Shown here: positions 35,560-49,346 of the stretch, piece after piece
How positions within the stretch are numbered: position 1 is the stretch's first letter
Layout: every line of letters begins with the position of its first letter
Assembly (NCBI RefSeq): GCF_964355755.1
Contig: NC_092673.1
Coordinates: 12,434,948-12,498,947, forward strand
Direction of reading: 5' to 3'
DNA from: Antedon mediterranea
Taxonomy: Eukaryota > Animalia > Echinodermata
Length of the DNA: 64,000 nucleotides
Position numbers and translations under genes: made by a program
The notes under the pieces: model-generated
Seen by the model: only the letters and a program-made list of their open reading frames with translations
Database searches by the model: none
What the model was told of the DNA's origin: nothing

Positions 35560-38166
35560 TAACGATTAACTTTACTATAAGTTATTCGAAAGTTATGTAG
35601 TTATGGTAGTACTGTACACGATTTAGTTAGTCCTAATCAGGGTTATAAATAATTGTTTGTCAATTTCTTAACCTACATTATCGGCCGGAATTATTGAATA
35701 ATAAAGAAATCACTTCATTTCATATGTTTTTGGCTTTTTTTGACGGTGATATAAGAAAGATACAAAATACTGTAGTAATTCACAATTCAGCATTACATTA
35801 ATTTCTGTTGTATTGTTTCGTTTTGTATAACTATATCGTTTAATTTCCAGATTATTTTTTAATAGTTTTTCCAAACACTTAAATTATTTAATATTATATA
35901 AATAAACATAATTATCAATTACGCTACCAAATATTCATTTTTTCTATAAAATTAATCAAAATATGCACATTTTCCACACAATTAGCTTCATAATTAAATA
36001 TTTTCAATACAAGTTGGGTAGCAGTGGGTAGCACATTATGTATGCTTTCATTTGATACCATACAGTTTGTCCATTTGCATTTTAAAGAATAATTTAACCC
36101 AAAAATGTGTTTTTTGGTCATTTTTGGGTCAAAGGTCAGTAAAAGCATTTCCGGTCATTTTTTCGCTGTTGTGTTAGACCGAATATAAATATGTATATTC
36201 TTAACAATTTGTCACCAAAACCAAATCTGTACGACAAGTGATTGTCAAGATATAAGAACCACACATTTTTAATCTTTGACCCCGGATAGCAAATTTGGCA
36301 CATATCCCATGTTGTTCCTTGGGGTCAAATTATCCTATAACAGTTGAGATATTCTCTCCTAAATTAAATGCATAGAAATCTGACCCAGGTCCTAGACTAA
36401 TATAGGCCTACTATCACTCTAATTCTCAAACATTTTTGTTTATAATTTTTAATTTACTAAATGCGTTTTTTTTTTTCAAATCGTCCTCTGCATGAGACCT
36501 TTTTTAGCCTTGATAATCAAAAAACAAAATGAACAGTTGTTTTTTATTGTGTGCTATGTTTATATTTTTACTCACCTTATTAATTATTTATAATTCATAA
36601 ATAAAAACAAATATGTTCATTCATTACCGGAAAATAAACCGGTTTGTGAGTAGGCCTAATAAACGATCCGATCCTTGCTTGTAAATTTGGGATTTAACAT
36701 CATGAGAAACATGCGCATTAATTTTTATTTTCAGATAACGTATGCAGAGCACACATGCGAGAGAGCATCAGCTAGGGCCGGGTAACACGTGTGTGTGTGT
36801 GTGTGTGTGATGAGAAACATTCCACGTCGATACGTACTAGTATTGTGTTGTGAATAAAAAAAAACACAAACAGAAACAATTTGTTTATTTTTTTATTGAT
36901 TGACGAAAAATACTTTTCTAGGCTACACATGGATATTATATTGACGACGTCGCGCTCGACTCCGACCACTGGGTGATTGATTCTTGCTTTCGGCCGGCGC
37001 CAACCGCTGAATACTATCTTTGCGCATATATGTATGTGATGTACCGTAATAGGCCTAGGTAGAATGTTGCTATGGTCATGTCTTATTACAATTTAAATGA
37101 AATAAAAGTAAAAATAACACAAGACAACAGTGTACACATGTAAATGTATTTACAGACCATTTGGCCATTTTTTATTGTTTTTAAATTTTTCGAAAGTATT
37201 TTCAAATTTGCGAAAGAAAATCGGCGACCTTTTGCAAATTTTGCGAAAGCAAATTTGACCTTAACGTTAACGTAGAAAGGGGTTCTCTCCAAGACCCAGG
37301 GCGCCAGATTGGCAATGGTTTACCAAGCTATGTTTGAAGCTATCGCAAAAAATGCCACAACAATAAAGCACGCCATTGATACCGCCGAACTGTGCATAAA
37401 GCATAAGTTCGCATTGAACAACAACAAGAATACAAGAACAACAAGAAGTGCAACAACCTCCAACGCGACATCATGAAGAATCATCGTAAAAAGATTACCA
37501 CATTCTTGACCCGAATGTCACCTGAAACACCCTACACAGCATATTTCGTCGCTTCTAGGCATCTCATACCATCGGCCAAGCCAAAACAAAAAAACAAACC
37601 GACACCACTCCCAAAACCTTGTATCCCACTGTAAATGCTGTTGAATTCTTAACAAAGATAGCCGAGTTGGGGTTTGGAAAATTCAAGGATCAACAAGTTT
37701 GTCAAGAGTGCATATGACACCTTGACACCCGACGCACTGGTAATCCTGAAATCTATTGGTGTAACTTAATAGCAGTATACTATTTGCGACACCCACTCAC
37801 CAGCAAAAAAAAAAGAAATTGGCAGAGTAGATTCGGATTACTTCCATTTTTTATTTTACTAAATTATGTTTTTAGTTTTTATATACAATTGTCATGTGTA
37901 CATAACAGACATGTACGTCCATAACCAAATGTGTATGTCCATAACTATAGAAAAATAAATATAGTATACAAATATTTCATTCGTTAAAAGATTGACTGCT
38001 CTATTTAACGAGGCGACATTAATTATTTGTTTTTTAACACAACTGCTGTGAATTTTTGCAATACCAAACAAAAATTTACTAAATTAAATTATTAACATAA
38101 ATTAAATTATTAATCTAAGCCTAGTCGCGGCGCCATATGATTATTCTCAGGGAGCAGAGCAGTTAA

Positions 38167-40900
38167 AGACAGTGCGAACTCTATACTTTTATTGCGACTT
38201 TCGCCAGCGGCCTACAGCAGCGTTGCGATGAAAGTAAATTTTCAAAATATTTACAAAAACCTGAACGTGCATTAGTACCATTCATTATCACCGTTCAATA
38301 TCCCTTTGTTACAATGTGTATGTACACATAACTTTATTTGTTTTTGTCATCACACGTAAAATTGTTAATACAGAGTTAAAAAAGTTACTTGTTGTGAATA
38401 AATCCATACCAAGAGTGACACTCTGACATGACCCTTTGGATAATTCAATAAAGAGGCATGCGCCTCCTCCTGAGACATGTTGGTTTGAGAAAAAATCAAG
38501 TTGTACAGTACAGTCATCCAGTTGGATAGTACAGTATAAGGTATTCCGAACAATGCCTAAAGCATGCTGTATTGGGGGGAGGTGCAACAGGACCCCAACA
38601 TCCTACCCACATGTATCCTTTCTGCCTTTTCCAAGCCAAGTGGAAACTTTTTAAAAAGAGGATTTCGTGCAACTAACTAGACAAGGATAGATCTGAAGCC
38701 GTCTCATAAAATATGCACCAAGCATTTTTGTGTAGAAGATAATATAAACCACACCGAAATACAAGAGATTAGAAAGAAGGGGAAAAAGATAAAATACAGT
38801 CTTTATCTTGGCGCTTTATATATATATATATTTCTAGGCTGTTGTATAACACAGTTCTTAAGAGCTCTAAGATTTTAAAAAGTTGCAGTTTTTACTGTTC
38901 AAACATATTTTTACCACCAGAAATGGTAAGTACAGTACAACTATTATTATATTTTTTAAATGGTCTATCGCGTTCATTCACAGCAATAAACGCTCCAGCT
39001 TGATGATGTGTTGTTACTGTGTTACTAATAGTAACATACCAAACCAAGTTATGTTTTTTTTTAATAGGTATTTGCTGCCAGCTGTGTCCTGTGTTTTCGC
39101 AGTGCAGAGAGAACACAATTTCAAGAGCAACATGAATATTTCATGTGATATGCGCTGCGATAGCCCAGGACATACAGCCAAGTTTGGCACGTATACCACA
39201 ATTGATGCAGACACCCATAAAGTAATCCACATTGAAGTGGTCCAAGTAAGTCGTCAAGTCAAATTTACTCCATCTTCATTGTACCATAATACTTTACCTG
39301 TACTGTGCTTATAACAATTTTGGACATGCCACCTCCTAAATTATTGGTAATAACTTTTTAACTGAATTTGTTTTACAGAAAGATGAATGTTCAAATTCAC
39401 CGGCAATGGAACTGGAGGGGTTGAAAGAACATTGTTGGTTTTAAAGGGTTATGGAGTTTCAGTGGAAAGAATTTTTTCCAACAGGCAGTGTAGCTGCCTA
39501 CCTCAAAAAGTTCATGAAGAATATAATACTCTACTTTGATGTGTGGCATGTTGCTAAAGGCAAGTATTTAACTACTTCAATTCATCACCTTTGCTGGACC
39601 AGCACTAATATGGAACATGATTATTGTTAGAAAATTATACACTCAACTGTTATCTCAGTACGTAGTTCATTTAATTGCCAACAATCTTTAAACACAATAT
39701 TTTAATTTTTTTTTAAATAAAAAGTGTGTTTTTTTTTAAAGATGTTATATATGATCAAACTGCAGTAGTTAAATACATATAAAAACTATATTTTCTTAAA
39801 TTGACATGCAGGTGTAAAAAAAAACAATGTACGAAAGGCTGGAAAGATTAAAGACTGTGACCAGATAACAAAATAGATCAAATCCATTGCAACGATGATT
39901 TATTGGATTGCGTCAACTACACCCGAGACCAATGATTTGAGTTACGACAAGGAATTAAAGAGTCCAAAAATTTAAAAGTATATACAATCATGTAAGAGGG
40001 ATACACGAACATGAACATGAAACTCCCTTGTATCCCAAATGCATGCATGGTAAACTGGAAGAACAGGATTACATTCAAACATTTTACTGTAATGTCTAAA
40101 CACATGATTTGTTATTATCTCTGAATACAGGCTTTAAAGCTAAGAAAGTATTGTCAAGATTCTGAATTCTTTATATCTTTTAAGATCAGTTCAACAGTTA
40201 TCACCTACTATCCAGACATATTCTAACAAATCATTCCATCAAGTTATCAATCACTTCGCTCCAAAAATGCATCCATACCGTTTCAAGGGAATGATTACAA
40301 CAAAGTAGTATTATACATTTTCCCAAAACAAGCTAAAATATGAAAAAAAGAAAAGAAATTAATCGAGTCATTGGAATGGTGAAAGACAAACAAATTTTGT
40401 TACTATTTTTCAGAACGTAATTTAATTTACACATGCGTAGCCTGTCACTTTTGACGTGCTCATATAATGTAATTTCGAGTTGAAAATTAAGTCAAGAAAA
40501 CAGAAATTGGGCAAAAAGAGTGCGTAATAACATTTAATGCGCAAAAATCTGCGCACTCATGGCAATTTTGTAAACGCTTAAAATTGCCTGAAACGTACTC
40601 TTTATTAGAGTTGAATATGTTTCCTGTAATCGAAAAAATCTTATTATTATTTTTTATTTGTTTTTCCTTTCAGAATATGCAATTAACGTCATTGAAATGG
40701 CAATGTACATGGCAAAATCAAAGACAAAAGAACTATATTACACACCAGAGATAATGTGTGACCCAGGCACTATTGCAGAGAAAATGCAAAAACCTGACAA
40801 AAATGAGTTTGTAGCCAAGTTACTAAGCAGATTTAAACCTATTTTACTCTTATTGGTGTCTATCTTATCTATCCAATGGTGGATATTTAATTCAATCAGA
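38167..40900 (+). mobile_element. Kolobok transposon remnant (THAP domain + transposase exons)
   Basis: TTAA-AGACAGTG terminus; THAP-like MPKACCIGGRCNRT..SFLPFP..ICTKHF from 38553; transposase CDMRCDSPGHTAKFGTYTTID, NSPAMELEGLK and YFDVWHVAK. Right end approximate. Confidence 0.8.
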
Positions 40901-41142
40901 GTTTTTTAATTGATCTGAAACCATTACCGTATATGTTGGTGTACAAGACGCACTTTTGACGCACAAATTTGACCTCTTATACACAGGTCACTTTCTCGCG
41001 CACCCTAAAAAGCCAAACAAAGTTAACAGTACAGTAGCCTCAACAACTAGGAGGCCTAGTCTACCTATTACTAGTTTACTAATCTGTCAATCAATGTAGG
41101 CCTAGCTAGTTAGTCTAGTATAGACCGATATACAGTATATAA

Positions 41143-42101
41143 GGGCCTGTTCAGACCTACAGAGTTATGCTTCGTATTGTACGCGGCGTACAAGTCCATA
41201 GGTCTGAACCAGGAAAAGATTAGTGGAAGCCACCTCGTACGACACTGATATTTCGTACGCTACGAAAGCTCAAGGTATGAGTTTAGTGGACGTCGCTTAC
41301 AATACGAAAGTCACGCATCGATGAATATGACCTAGGTTAGATATCTAGCCAATCAAATTACAATATTCGCCACATCACATCGTGACATGTGCTCCTCATC
41401 GTATAGCCAAGCTGATCCATTTGTTGTGATCGGTGAACGTGCGAAAAAATCATACCTTTTGTTGTTACACTATACAGTATTATTATTAATATTATTATAT
41501 TAATTAATTTAAAATGTCATCGAAGCGTGCGCATTGGCGAGAAACCGAAGTAAAATACCTTATTTCATTGTGGGGAAGCCCTGAGTTTAGAGATCAGTTG
41601 GAAGTGAAAAACTGGCATAAAAGCACCGGCAACAAGATGTCTGTGTTCAACGAGATGGCGGACACGTTAGCAGATGAAATTGAAGGGGTCGTCGTATAAA
41701 GCAGCGAAAGACCGAGTAAATAAATCTGGAGCCGGTGCAAGTACGGGATTTGAAAATTTTTCTGCCATAAATGATATTTTAGGTCATATAGACCAAATAT
41801 AAACCCAAACCCCAAAACGATCGGCTGGTTGGTATGCCTGACAACCCATCGATAATGCCGAGCCCAAGTGTTCGGTCTAGGCCTGTAACTTCTACCCCAA
41901 CCACTACTACTATTATTTAATAACAACGAAGGTAGGTCTAAGCGTGCAGTAGCGTTTGGTTAATCGCCAGCGAGTGACATCATATCCGTTTGTAACGCAA
42001 CTTCGTTGCAATGAATCTGAACACTTTGCTCTTACGACGCTCATTAAAATATGACCTTGGCTGTGATACAAAAGCATAACTCCGTAGGTCTGAACATACA
42101 C
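41143..42101 (+). mobile_element. Non-autonomous PIF/Harbinger element with Myb/SANT-like ORF remnant (41514-41699)
   Basis: TIR GGGCCTGTTCAGACCTACAGAGTTATGCTT / AAGCATAACTCCGTAGGTCTGAACATACAC; flanked by TAA and TGA; HWRETEVKYLISLW..VFNEMADTL. Confidence 0.75.
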
Positions 42102-42104
42102 TGA

Positions 42105-42930
42105 GGGCCTGTTTCTATTGAAAAATAAAAAAAGAACGGTTTTTTGGAAACCGGTTTCGGCTGTTGTTTATAAATAAAGATCGCGTTGCAGCTCAATTTT
42201 TACTCCAATAAAACCGGTTCCGTCCATGTGCGTTCGTTATGAATGACATCATTATATACACCACAATGCAGTTCGTTAGGCGGAAGCGTGATTGGATCGA
42301 GGTCATGTTTATTTTTTTTCACATAGCGCGATCCCCAAGAAATAGCATCCATTTCATCATAGAAGGGGGAATTATTACCTGAAACGTTATTGTGGTCCTT
42401 GGTTAAAGTAGAGGTACTATGATTGGCCTCTGATATTGTCAAGTTGAACTCGTCTAGCTTTAACACGCTTTACAATTATTCTTAAAAACATGTAGGCCTT
42501 AGGCCTACGTGAGTCTTTCTTCCGACTCCCGACAAGCCCCCTCATCTTCTTCCCTTCACATATTTTTTACGAACCTCGTAATGGCATCGGTCAACATTTT
42601 TTAGTTAAATAAAATACTCACTATCTAGAGAAATAAAGGTTTGACTGCGAGTTGACCGCAATCGTCCCAGTACAGCAGACTGGAGAGTTCAGTTTTTGGG
42701 GTCAAATTGAGACCGCGATTGTGTTGCAGCTAAAATTTGCTCCACGGAAACCGGTTTCAGAACGGTTCTTTGCGATCGAAACCGCAATCAATTGGGGTTT
42801 TTGAAACCGTTTTTAAGATCGGTTCTTTTTTTTGGTTTTTTGTGGGGACCCATTTCTGCTGGCAAGAAAAAACGGTTCTTGAAAAGAACGGTATTCAAAA
42901 CCGTATTCTCTGCTCTATAGAAATAGGCCC
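42105..42930 (-). mobile_element. Second non-autonomous PIF/Harbinger element, directly adjacent
   Basis: TIR GGGCCTGTTTCTAT / ATAGAAATAGGCCC; flanked by TGA and TAA; minus-strand remnant NNVSGNNSPFYDEMDAI (Myb/SANT C-terminal motif). Confidence 0.7.
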
Positions 42931-43509
42931 TAATACTGCAATTCGCTGTCAGATTAAATCATTGAATTATCAAAACAGTTCATATACAGTAATAGCAAAG
43001 TACAATTTGTTGACACTTGAAGCATCTATGCTTGATGAAGTGACCCCCAGACTTGACCTTAGCAATAAAATAAACTAAAGTGAAAGAAATTAAGTCTAGT
43101 ATAATAAAGTAATATTATTTAGACATCATTTTTGTTTAAATTATTTAATAAGCACATCATCTTTTACAGATTCAGTATTTTTTATTTTTCAATTTCAATT
43201 GCACAATTATGATTCAAATTACATTTTTTCAGGTAAATAATTTTTTGGTTAATGTGAATATTACTATTATGTGACAATAAAATGACACATTCAAAAACAA
43301 ATTTGAAATAAAAATATTTTTCAGGGGGACAATATATCTTTAAAACTGGTACGTCAACAAGCGAGCAGCGTTTTTTGTAAGAAATATTTCTTGTTTTATT
43401 ATACCTGTATAAAATACCAAAAAAAAGGACCAACGCGGCGGTAACACACTTAACACACAAAATAAAAATAAATTTATAATTATATAACTAATTATATAAT
43501 TTATTCAGT

Positions 43510-44970
43510 TTACTCAAGTTCCGAAGAAACTGGGGAAAGCAGTAATGACGACATAGATAAACGTGGCATACATTTATACAAAGAAACTGACAGTGACCAT
43601 GATGATGCGGATTCAAATTACATCCCTTATGAAGGATCATCTGATGAAGAATCACTGCGAGTTAAGCAAACTTCTTGAGTGATGTTTATAAACCTAATAA
43701 TAACCACCTTTTATAGTGGTAGATTTTTGGATGTTTAAAATATATACTGTACATTTATATTATTAAACAAACATTTCTTTTTTGTAGCACTGATAACATA
43801 GAATCTGGAGAGACTGTCCGTGGACAGAGGAAATATACTCTTCTGAGCTTCTGTCATTGTTCGACAGATGTCGTGAATGTGGAAGTCAAGCTGACAACAA
43901 AATTAAAAGAGAATACGGAACGGCAGTGGAGGTGATGGCCACTTGCACAAATAGAGCATGTAGACATGTTTTCGAACAACCCAAAAGTGCAAAGATGTTC
44001 CTATTCAACATCTTGTTGTCCGCTGCAATCTTAGTATCGGCTAAGACTTTCAAAAATATTTTTTTATAATTTAATCTATTTTGATAATTGAACATTTATG
44101 GTTACTTCAATCGTATTGACAAAGAATTCTTTTATTTAAAATTGTAGGATGTATTGTATGTTGCTATCTGAATTTTTATCTTCAAACAAAGTATTTTACT
44201 GTACAAAAATATTATTGGTGTACCAAAAAAGTATGCTTTTTTTATTATGTGACATAGTTAACTGAATATTATCTAAAATATACTATTTAGGTATTTGCTG
44301 CCAGCTACTTCATGTATATTTGCAACTCAAAGAGAGAAACACTTTAAAAGTGTAATGAATGTATCTTGTGATATGTGTTGTGACAGCTCTGGTTTCACAG
44401 CCAAGTTCGGTACTTACACAACTATTGATACAGCTCACTCAGAAAGTTATTCACATAGAATTGTGCAGGTATTTATTTTTCATTTGTTGCTAATTTATCG
44501 CACCTCAAGGCTATAGGTCCAATTTATAAATCAATAAATTGTAAACAGTTATACAGATAAAAATAATAATTCAGATATAAAATTCAAAATAAAAAACCTA
44601 AATATATCGACATTTGACACAAGAAACATTATGTTAACCCTTATCTTTATTAGAATCTACGTTATTTTTGTTTTTATTCAAAATTTTGACCCATTAATTA
44701 TTCAGCAATTTCTTACAAATTTTACTATTCAGTACACCAAAAACTAGACATGCTTTGAAAATAAATAATGTATCTTTTTTTAATTATTATTATTATAGAA
44801 AGACGAATGTCCCAATTCACCAGCTATGGAGTTAGAAGTGCTGAAACGAACGCTGTCTGTTCTGCAAGGCTATGGTGTTACAATCAAGCGTCTTGTCTCG
44901 GATCGCCATATTAGTATTGCAGCATTTAAAAAAAAAACCACAACCATCATTCATTACTTTGATGCATGGC
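43510..44970 (+). pseudogene. Second, diverged Kolobok transposase remnant
   Basis: CRECG..GTAVEVMATC; YLLPA..CDMCCDSSGFTAKFGTYTTID; KDECPNSPAMELEVLKRTL..LVSDRH..HYFDAW. Paralogous to 39069-39560 with the same intron positions. Confidence 0.75.
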
Positions 44971-45275
44971 AATATTTATTTTACTCAAATTACCACAAAT
45001 AAAAGGAATCAATGTATTATGTCAAATGAGGTAAAAAGGTACAAAACACATTGGAAAACTCATTATGGGTAGATAACTTTAAAAAAGTGCAGTTAGATGA
45101 AATCATGTGGCAAAAAGAAGATAAAGAATTTGCTGTATTGTTAAACAAATTGCGCACAAAAGAAAAAAATGATTGCTTGTATGACAAAGATTTATCAGTT
45201 TTAAAATCATATGAAACAGGTGAACAATGTGACGATGCTGTTCAATATACCTATGTAATAAACAGGTTAATGAAT

Positions 45276-48200
45276 CAGGGAAATAGCGTTTGTGACTATT
45301 TACTTGCGCAGTACAAAGAATTCAACAATATTTCCTTGTTGATAGACAAACGTGTGGAGTCTGATCACATGCCGGTCAACTTTGAAATTTAAAAAAATAC
45401 TGAATTTAATAATCTTTATAATAATAATAATGAAAATGGTAATTTTAAAACGGTAAATAAATATCAATGGAAAGAAAACTATAAAGACACATTTAGGGCA
45501 CGTTGAGAACATGAAACAGTTGAGAAGTTGGACAACAGTTTCATGAGCGCAATACGGGGCGCAATAACTCAAAACAAAATTGACGAGGCTGTTACATGTC
45601 TTCAACAAACTTTTGAATACACTTGTAGCGTAATATGTAATTTTAATAGCAGCCAGTAATAGGGACTCAAAACCATTTTGGTCAAAATTAATTAATTAAT
45701 AACTTCTGAAATAACAATTAACGAGTGGAGAGATCATTTCCAATCCTTGTTTGAACCCCCCGAGCTAGTTAACAAAGTTACAGACGAAATAGTACATATT
45801 AACGAAAACGATAACCTAAATTCAGAAATTGACTTGGGTGAAATCAAACAAGCATTGAAAATGCAGAAATCTGGAAAATCTCCTGGTATGGATGGTATGT
45901 TTTTAGAATATATTTTAAATGCACCCAATTTATTATTTGATATTCTAAAACTTATTTTTAATTCAATTTTTCAGTTGGGCCAATTTCCAACACAATGGGC
46001 GACGAGCATGATAATTCCTATTTACAAAAAGAATAAGCCAGAAAATTACAGAGGCATTGCTCTTATTCCGATACTTGGCAAAATTTTGTTACACATCCTT
46101 AAATCAAGATTAGACCACTTCACCGAAAATAACAACATTATTTATCAAGAGCAAGCAGGTTTTCGTAAAGGAATTTCGCACATTCGATAATATGTTTATT
46201 TTCGATAGTATAAATCATAGTTTTCTTTTACTTAAATTAAAATGAATAGGGGTAAATGCTAGGCTCGCACTGGCCGATCGCCAAGTCGCCATGGGCGAAA
46301 ACGTTTCTAGATTGGCGAAAAATAAAACGGCTACTTTAGCCATTTTGGCGATGACATATCATAAAATAGATAATTAAATAATCATTTTGGCGAAAGCATA
46401 AAGTCCAACTAAAAGGTCCATTTGTCGATCTCCAAGCATTCATTTTGTTCGTTATCACGTTGTTTACTTCAAGCTCCATTTTTCGTCAACTTGTTTCGTT
46501 TAATTGTACCAGGCGTCTCTTTGTTATTTCAAAAAGATGGAGATAGCAGAGAGAGAGGTAGACTGCACAGACGTTACACGACACATGGATGATGAAGTCT
46601 ACCCAAACTATCACGTGTTGTGCGCTGCACAAACGATCGACTACGTAGCCGACGGTCGGCTAATTACCGGGATTGTCTATTTTTCGATAGGGGTGTACTT
46701 TTCAGATTAAAAAGAAACATTATAGTATCTTCGATGAATGACGTCTTAATCTTATCGAAATCAAAAATGTATGCGTTATGCATTTTAGAGTCTTCCAATT
46801 TAATGTAGTTTCATATTTTACCCTTAATAAACTTCCCTCGTGCGTCAGTGTAAACAAAACAACATGCGGGAAATGGTAGAGTCTAACGGGGATTTAGCTA
46901 AACACACACGTGCATCTGAGCGGGGCCGGCCGCCGGCTTCTGTGTTGTTGTGTAAATAAATAATCGGATAAATTTCTCGCCCTGATAAAAACGCTTCGGC
47001 GCAGCCTTGAGGGATGGAAAGACGTGTACTCTGTGCTAGCTTTGGCCTATATTATCTTACGTTTAACAACGATACGAGTGTTCGTTTGCTAGGAATTTTC
47101 CTCAATATTTTTAGCATACGATATACCGTTGCGTTGTTGTACATAATTTTGTAGGCCTAGGCCGGCGGTTTTGCACTTTCGCACCTCTTGAGCATACCCA
47201 ATTTAAGCCGTCACAAGCAAACATGACCAGCCAAGCGTAAAAAACAAAAGTAACATAGCGTTCAGGGGATTTTAGAAAACTGTAAAATGTTTCTTATTAA
47301 ATTGATAACTGTATAAATGCTGTATGATTAAAAACAGTTTGAACAATTGTTTTGATCATGTAAAAAAAATACAAAAAAAATATTTTTTTTAATCATACAG
47401 TGACAGTGATTTAGGCATGGTTCTTTATCTCAATGCCTTACGAAAATGTTCAGGGAACAGTGTATAGACCTGTTGACATAGATAAATTGACTAAAATGTT
47501 TTTACCACTATATTTCAAAAATTTTAAATTTTGGCTAATGACCGATTCATTTGGCTAAATAAAAAAATTTGACTTTAGCCATTTTGGCTATAGATAAACT
47601 GATTTGACTAAAAAAAATATTTCGACTTTCGCCAAATGGCTAAACAAAATGAAATGTTAGTGCTACCCCAGAAATGGTAATATGTACAATATAATTCAGT
47701 CTATGTATAACAATTTGACTGCACATGTAAAATTTGGTAACAAAGTAACATTTCCGTTTAACTGTTCTATTGGAATACAACAAGGTTCACCTTTATCCTC
47801 TTTACTTTTCAACATATTTATGAATGATTTAAGTTATGATCTAAATCAGAGTAGAGATAGGGACAAAATACAAGTTGAAGACAGCTTTATCAATCATTTA
47901 TTATACTACGCTGATGACTTAGTATTATTTGGAGATAGGGTAAGGGGCTTAGAAATTTTAATAAATAAACTCGAACATTTTTGTGACACATGGGGTCTCA
48001 GTGTAAACATAAATAATGGTATTTAAAAAGGGTGGGAAATTAAAATATTTTGAAAAATGGTATTAAAGGAATATTCAAATGGAGGTTGTTACGTCTTATA
48101 CTTATTTAGGAGTGGTATTTAGTTCAAATGGCCAGTGGAACAAAGCACTTGAATATAATTGTCAAAATACAAACAACGCGTTATTTTCCGTTAAATCTTT

Positions 48201-49160
48201 TATTAGCCGTAATATGAAATATTTACCAGAAAATACATGGAATTATATTTTTGACACAAAAGTATTACCAATTTTAATTTACGGCAGTGAAATATGGGGG
48301 TTTTCTAACCAAATAATTAATAATTTCCATACGCGTTTTGCAAGGTTTATTTTGAACATTGGAAAAAGTGCCCCTATGCGCAGCCATAACTACAGAATTA
48401 GGCAGAGTTTCCTTGCATGTCGATTGTTTAATTTCAATTATTCGTTTTTGGTTGCATATTATTGACATGGATAAAAATAGATTTATTTTTAAATGTTACA
48501 GTTTCCAGTTAAAAATTAACAGAAATGAATTTTCCTGGGCTAGTCAGGTAAAATATTTACTTTGTTCAACTGGCTTTGGTTATATCAAATGACTGAAGAC
48601 AAGAAATTATTTATTAATGAATTTAAATTACAACTGATTGATTTAGAAAAACAAAAATATTTTGAACAATTTTCTTTACATTCAAAACTAAAATATTTTA
48701 GGTTTTTTAAAACGAAAATTGAAATAAGTTATCATTTGTTACACTTAAAAGATTGGAAACATAAAAAAAAAATGTTCACAAAATTTCGTTTAGGAGTGTT
48801 AGATTTGGAAATAGAAAAGGGAAGATGGAACAAAATCCCACTTCAAAATGTAAATTATGCAATGTGAGTTCCATTGAAGACGAATTTCATTTTATGTTAC
48901 TTTGTCCATATTATTCCGAACTCAGAAACTTATATATTCCTAATTTTTATCACACGTTTCCTTGTTTAAATAAGTTTTATTTTTTAATGTGCAACACTAG
49001 AGTAGTCCAAGATTGGGCAAATTTTGTTTATCTAGCTTACGAAAATAGAAAATATTATTTTGCAACCCAGCCATAAAATATTATTGTATGATTTGTATTT
49101 AAGATATAAGGGCCAGAGGCCTAAATATTGCGGAAATAAAACCCAGTTAGGGGAACGAAC
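45276..49160 (+). mobile_element. 5'-truncated LINE (APE end + RT + C-terminal CCHC), RTEX-like, degenerate
   Basis: ESDHMPV; KSPGMDG; IIPIYKK..PENYRGIAL; QAGFRKG; FDSINH; GIQQGSPLSSLLFNIFMNDL; YADDLVL; CKLCNVSSIEDEFHFMLLCPYY; short GAAC tail. Confidence 0.85.
46259..47671. mobile_element. hAT-like MITE with 5-bp TSD, inserted in the LINE RT
   Basis: AAATG duplicated (46254-46258 / 47672-47676); imperfect TIR CTAGGCTCGCACT / CTGGGGTAGCACT; removal restores IGVNGNMYNII. Confidence 0.75.
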
Positions 49161-49346
49161 GGAATAAAAAAATGTTGCATAAAACATGTTTAGATATTAT
49201 ATGCATTGAAGCAGAAGATACTGTAGTAAACAGCAAGAAACAAGACAAATCAGGTCAAACTAATTTATTAAATTATCTGTGGATTGCACTAATGGCAGAG
49301 TGATGTTGATTAAAAATGTAGATATTAAAAAAGGCTTAACAAATGG

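Noticed and set aside
37290-37770. Coding-looking, AAC-rich stretch
   Set aside because: It has multiple stops and no motif I could assign to a family.
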